Both the position numbers and the translations under genes were made by a program. 64,000 bases of DNA from Chrysomallon squamiferum (taxonomy: Eukaryota > Animalia > Mollusca). Numbering within the stretch: position 1 is the stretch's first letter; each line of letters starts with the position of its first letter. Location of the stretch: contig CM022677.1 of NCBI GenBank assembly GCA_012295275.1, positions 14,074,001 to 14,138,000 of the forward strand, written 5' to 3'. The notes under the pieces are model-generated. The model made no database searches. It was given only the letters and a program-made list of their open reading frames with translations, and had not been told where the DNA came from. Below are positions 57,941 to 64,000 of this stretch, piece by piece.

Positions 57941-58529
57941 AGAACATATTCGTATTTAGATGTGGAACGAACATATTACGCTTCTGTTTTACGTTAATTT
58001 CACAAAATCATTCATAACGTTAATGTCGTTTATAATAAAATATTCCATTTTTCTAAGACAGAGAATTCTTTTTGATCAGGTTTGATGAATTCATCACAAA
58101 CATTAAAAAAACTCTATGAATCACAGTTTTGTCGTATAAACAGCCGTGATGTTAGCTGAAGGTGTTTTTCTTTCTTTATTTATTTAGTTATTTATTTATT
58201 TTTATTTTGTCGTATAAACGGACGTGATTTATTTTATTTTTTGGTTTAGTAATCGTTCTGAAAAAAAAAGTAAAAAAAAAAAGAAGCTATGTGAAAAGTA
58301 AATATATGCATTTGGTTATCAAACACTTTACTAAAATATTACTCAAGCCACGCTGAATCACATATATGTATGTAACAGAAAAATAAGTAATACTGAGATG
58401 AAACTATATAAAGAGAGAGTTATCTTTTCTTGATGATGAATATCAGCAGTCATAAAAGGAAGGTATTATCTGAAACATTTAACACTATGAAAGTAAAAAT
58501 AACAGTTACTGAAAAAGACAACATAACTA

Positions 58530-58565
58530 GGAGTACAACGCAGACACGACTCCAGTGATGGCGAC

Positions 58566-58627
<62 letters not shown>

Positions 58628-59345
58628 TGGGTGCGCACACTACGAAAGTAAGAACAATAGTTAATAAAAATGGCAACATAATAACGAGAAGTAGTTCAAA
58701 AATTGTAGACAATGCAGACAGGACAGCAACCTCGGCGACATTAATAGAAACAATAATAATATATTTTAATGTGGGATGCGCACACTAACAAAGTGAGGAT
58801 AACACTTAATAAAAAGCGGAACAGAATAATTAAAACTACTCCAAAAGCGCGAAGAACAACTCCTACACGACGCCAGCTACGGCGACTATAATAAAATATG
58901 AAAGTTTAACAACGTTATTAACATGCGCAAGAGGATAAAGAGAAGGAAACAAAAAACGTTAAGAACAATGCAGCCACGACGACAGTGACATCGTCATTAA
59001 CAGAACAATGAAAAGACAGCACAATAATTAAACTAATAACGTTAAGAACAACTCAGGTACGACGGCAACGACGTCAACATGAATACAAATAGCAATAATA
59101 TATTTTGAAATAGGATCTACACACTAAGAAATTAAGGACAGCAGTTAATAAAAATCCACAAAAGAATAATGACAAAGATAAGAATACCGTGCAGGACAAC
59201 GCAGACACGACGCCAACGACGGCGACAGTAATAGTAATAATAATAATATATTTTAATATAGGGCGCGCACAGTACGAAGGTAAGAAGAAGAATAGTTTAT
59301 AAAAAGCGAAACAAAATACAGCATCAGAATTTGTAACAATGACAA
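58530..59345 (+). repeat. Same satellite-like family, plus orientation
   Basis: Cores such as acgacggcaacgacgtcaacat and acgccaacgacggcgacagtaat, with tgcgcacactaa spacers. Confidence 0.78.
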
Positions 59346-59408
59346 CGGTATCGAGAGTATGCAATAACGTCACAGCTAAACGAACAGGTTGTTGTTCACT
59401 TTCACCAG

Positions 59409-59965
59409 CTACTGAAACCAGACATATCAATAGCAAAGAGGGGGGCATTGTCAGGATATATTTACATCGAATGATCAATCTCATGTGGTAATAGCATAAA
59501 CAGAACTCAGGCAAGAACAAGAACGTGTCAGAATGACATCCCCTCTAAAACTGGTTGTGTGCAAAGTCCCCTGATGTAGACAGAACTGTTGTGGCTTGTC
59601 CATCAAAACCATGCCATATTGGTCAAGTTGGTCAGACTTCACAGCAATAACTCCACGTTCAGTAACATGTGGTTCCAATGGTTCAAGGACTCTGACTAGA
59701 AGAAGAGTATGTAACAATGATGTGCTGGAGGTTGTGGTCCTCAGTCTGAATTAGAAAAAAATAAAACAAAACCATATTCTTGAGAATAAGAAAGGCTGAT
59801 AAATCTCCACAGATACAAACAGAGCCTCAATCATGTCGTGTTAAATATGGGCAACGTGGACTGATTATAAATAGATTGGTCTTTGTTCACTGACACGTGT
59901 AGGCAGTGGGCAGATGTGGAACCAAATCACCAGTAATAACAGAATTACCAAGTCTTGTTCCTGGT
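59409..59965 (+). pseudogene. Decayed exon encoding three thrombospondin type-1 (TSP1) repeats
   Basis: After acceptor TTTCACCAG: E*SISCGN..RTQARTRTCQN, PYWSSWSDF...SVTCGSNGSRTLTRRRVCNN, and WTDY...CSLT.VGSG. This matches the TSP1 consensus WSxWSxCSxTCGxGxRxRxRxC; stops and frameshifts are present. Confidence 0.8.
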
Positions 59966-60325
59966 CCTTCATAAATTGTTATAGTTCAGTTTTTATTCTT
60001 TTTCTCACAGCTCGTGCAGTTGTATGAACCTGTTCATATTGACTGAATTTTTAAATATCTGAATAATTAAAAATTTTATACAGAAAAAAAATAGACAATT
60101 CTTTTCAGCCTGCTTAAATGAAACACGTATAAAAAATACAAACCTGTTCAGGACAATAATGCTTTCCCAATTCGATGAGACCAATATAAGAGAAATTAAT
60201 GGGGTTTTTTTTTTTTTTTTTAAATTATGAAAAAGAAAAAATAACAATAATGCTTTAAAATATAGAAAAATACAAGAAAGAGAGGGTTTTTTTTTTTTTT
60301 AGAGAGAAAAAGAAAAAAATAACAA

Positions 60326-60404
<79 letters not shown>

Positions 60405-61073
60405 CGTATTTTCAACTGCTATCCCGAACAGTAATTTCGTTGTTAAAGAAAACACAACTCACTCTGCCTGAACAAATGGAAATGGAAAAATTTAACTTGC
60501 TAATCAGAGCGAGCTGTTGTGAGGCACGTCTACGACAGCCACACTTTCTGACAGGTCAGCGGGCGTGTCTGTCGTATCCTTAACAAAAAAAATGTTCGGG
60601 CTTTTATAAGAAAGAAAAGAGACTCGCGTTATTTGACAACGTGTTACGAACCTTGCCGCTAGACGTCTATCGCCAGATCATTCTGTGAAACAAGAACTCT
60701 CTAGGTGATAATTAATTCCGCAGTTCCCAGGCTTAAGATAAAAAAGACACAGCAAGGGACATTTACAAGTGGAAGATTCTTCTATCACACTGAAATACAA
60801 ATGTGTTTTTAGAAGAGATGTTTATTGCATTCGTAACAGTTCATTCAAATTTATCTTAAAACTGCATTAATAATGAATAATAAATAGAAATAGAAACAAA
60901 TAATATTTATTTTAAAAAATATTAACATTTGTAATTATAACATCTGAATAACAAGTGTATATTCAAAATCTGGTAGTAAACTCAGCTGCCTGAAATAAAT
61001 ATAATGTTTCAATTAACAAGAAAAATTACTAAAACAGATAGTCATAGAATTTTATGTTGTTGTTTTTTGAAAG

Positions 61074-61143
<70 letters not shown>

Positions 61144-61584
61144 AAAGAAAAAATATATGAACAAGTGAAACAGAAATATAAAATGTGATTAGACTATATT
61201 TTTACAATAATAATATCATCTCAAAATTTGTATTGTTAGCAAAGATAATAAGACAACAAAAAAATACAGTATCTCTTTAGAAAATAATATTTTAAGTTAT
61301 TCTGTTTTTAAATTAATAATTCAATAAGTAATTAAATAAATACATCTACATTGTTTAATCAGTCAGATGGTTAAACTAATGATTCGGCGCACCTGACGTC
61401 GTGTTCAAAATATTAAAATGTGAATCTTTGTTTGAATTAGGTCAATAAAATTGATTATTTGCAATAAAAAGAAAAGAAGAGAAAAGAAATCGCTCGTAAC
61501 TGATCCTGCTGAGGCAAAACGTTTTGTGGAACAACATTTGAAGCTTGTCCGACGTTTCATTTTTTTTTTTTTTTGTCAATTTTG

Positions 61585-62157
61585 TGACGTCAGTTATGCG
61601 CTGTGAAGACAGTGCGACTGGCGTTCCTACACAAAGTAGCTGGAAGTTTCGTAAACAAACTGAAGGGAGCTCGCATTCATAAAATCTTTTAAAATCACTT
61701 TATCTGCTAAAACTGATAATTTAATAAGGTAAGAGTTTCTTCACCATGTATGTGATACAGGATCCTTGTCTCCCTCTTCCTGCAGTATCTGCTATTTTCA
61801 TAAATGTTTTGAGAATCCGACTATTTTGAGCTTACAGTATATATCAGTAGATTGTCTAATGTGATCTATCTGCTACAATAGATGTTGATCATATAATTTG
61901 TTTGTAATGATGTGTATATTAAACACTAAATTCTTGGTTTTGTTAATAAACTGTATACAAACCTCTGAATTACTAATTATTCTGTTTCATACTGTTCATT
62001 CTGTTTAGTGCCTTTAATCAAACATTATTTCATTTACCTAGTATTTCCTACAGGACTTTATTTAATTTAATTCATAACCGTGGAGTCACTATTTCCATGA
62101 CAGACATTTTTTTTATTTTTTTATCTATTAATCCTGGAAGCTTTAAGAGTATATTTT

Positions 62158-62206
<49 letters not shown>

Positions 62207-62589
62207 ATTCCATTATTCTGACAGGCTGATTAGAATAATACATCAATATAATCTATGATATAAACTGCAGGACTATCTGCAAGAACAAATAAAAAATAAT
62301 CTTGCTCTGTTTTATTTCTCTTGATTTTTTTTTTTTTTTTTTATAATTGCCTCTATTTATTTATTTTTTTTTTTTTTTATTATTATTATTATTTTTTGTT
62401 TTTGTAACAATATTTGTAACCAGAGTTTTTTTTTTTTTTAAAAGATATTATATTGCTTTTTATGTTCACTAGCTTTGTCTATATATTTTGCTTAAGAAAT
62501 ATTTATTAGTTTAGCAGGGTATAGTAATTGTATACTTTTTTCTATTTATCAGGTGAAACTGGGTACAGAGGACATTGTCTAAACCAGAC
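61585..62589 (+). other. Putative promoter and 5' non-coding exons (~61590-61728; 62553-62589) of a plus-strand gene continuing out of the window
   Basis: CRE TGACGTCA overlapping an Inr-like TCAGTT at ~61585-61595; donor AAG|GTAAGA at 61728; a 37-nt exon with TTTATCAG acceptor and GTATGT donor. Confidence 0.4.
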
Positions 62590-63877
62590 GTATGTATATG
62601 TAAAAACAAAACAAACATATAATATAATACATCGAGTTACCGAAAATAGCACAATGTACCAAAACCAAGTTTTATTTAGTGCTGGAAAAAGTTTTATTTT
62701 TTTTATTTTTTTTTTGTTTTACTTAATAAATATTTTGCTTAATTCTCTATCAAGATTATATATATTTATATATGTAACAGTGATTTAGAAAAATCATTAA
62801 AATCCTCCATAATGCATAAGAATTGTTGTATAATTGTTTAATAATAAAAAATTATAATTATTTGAAAGAGATTATACTTTTAGTTTAGATTATAGTTAAT
62901 TTTTCTGTATATTTATTTTTAATATGCTTTTTCTTTCAGTTGTTGTGTGTGAGTTCATGTGTATGTGTGTTTGTGTTTGTTTGCAGGAGTTTATGTGAGG
63001 TGATACAATTTTGGATATTATAAACAGAAATTTGTTTAAATACTAAAAAAAGAAATGAAACTTTTGTACACAAAATAGTTTTTTCTTATAGTATATATAT
63101 ATATTTTTACATAGTTTTTATTGCTAATCCATGACGTGTACAGATTACTATTGGTTTTTTTTGTTTTTTTTTATATCCTTTCTTACGATTAGTTTATGCT
63201 ATAATTAATATTTTTATTCTTTCAGTTAGATTTTGATTCACTTTGTAATTAACAGTGAATTCAGACTTGTAAAATGCTAAATTGTTATAAAGAAAAAGCA
63301 AAATCAGTAGTAGATATTGGCAAATTGTGGAATTAAGGAGAAGAAAAAAATGCACTTTTGATAGCTTGTTTACCTTCTTAAGTAGATACTGTTAAAACTG
63401 ATGAAAATTAAGCACTTGGTACAAATGTGGCTTAATTTGAGAGAAAATGAAGATGTGTGTGTGTGTGTGTGTGAAATGTACATGTATGAGGATAAGTTAT
63501 TGCTGGTGTATATGTCTGTCTAGGTGAATGCGTATACGTGACAAGTTTAAAACATGACTGTGTATATGTTTTTAAGTTTGCATATTACAATAATAGTACA
63601 TATGGGATTGTGTATTTTATGACTATATGTATGAAAGTGGGGTATGTGTATGTTTTTGTTCATGCGCCCGTGTATGAATATTTATGTATAATCTGTCTGG
63701 GAGACTGTTTATGTTTGTAGCCTATCCAGTATATATGCGTGTGTGTGTATGTGTGTGTGTGTGTGTGTGTTTGGTGTCTGTTATATTATGTATGTATGTA
63801 TATATTATTATGCTAAAGGATTTATAAAACTAAATATAACCAAGATTAACAGCTGACATTAAATTACGATTTTTCAG

Positions 63878-64000
63878 AGAAGTGCTTTGAACGACGGAGT
63901 CATAACGCTGACTGGAGACCGATTAGTACAGTGACGTCACACGTGTATAAACCAGCTGAGCTACAGCAGCCGGGCCCTGTTGTGTCTTCTTATCTAAGAA
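63878..64000 (+). promoter_or_regulatory. Exon start or promoter of the probable parent of the 20787 pseudogene (CRE + E-box + TATA-like cluster)
   Basis: TTTTTCAG acceptor at 63877; GTGACGTCACACGTGTATAAA at 63931-63951; 63950-64000 matches 20704-20754. Confidence 0.45.

Noticed and set aside
59481-59717. Minus-strand 78-aa ORF, and a Tc1 SPD-like motif on the plus strand
   Set aside because: Better explained as the antisense and alternative frames of the TSP1-repeat pseudo-exon.

Overview
AT-rich, microsatellite-laden animal genomic DNA (intron style and gene family suggest an invertebrate, probably a mollusc; this is inference). There are two 200-N scaffold gaps (10905-11104, 36491-36690). 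Only one gene looks intact: a minus-strand TRIM-like E3 ligase (C3HC4 RING + coiled coil + NHL-type propeller, 535 aa, CDS join 16153..15868 and 15591..14270) with no B-box. The rest is a heavily rearranged mosaic. It holds a paralogous copy of the TRIM promoter/first exon, an inverted repeat pair flanking the TRIM gene, an ~8 kb direct segmental duplication (26.9-35.0 kb vs 44.6-53.0 kb) and a ~2.1 kb-arm palindrome carrying PHD-finger transposase ends. It also holds decayed fragments of unrelated genes: MCC, a thrombospondin type-1 repeat protein, a signal-peptide/hydrophobic-tail protein whose source appears to start at the right window edge, and a Tc1 transposase. The most unusual element is a multi-exon minus-strand locus inside the duplication. 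It has canonical splice sites but no open frame, and one exon carries an inverted ~90%-identical copy of the next exon, so the spliced RNA should fold into a long hairpin (candidate hairpin-RNA/endo-siRNA gene). Nearly all ORFs in the supplied track are microsatellite artefacts.
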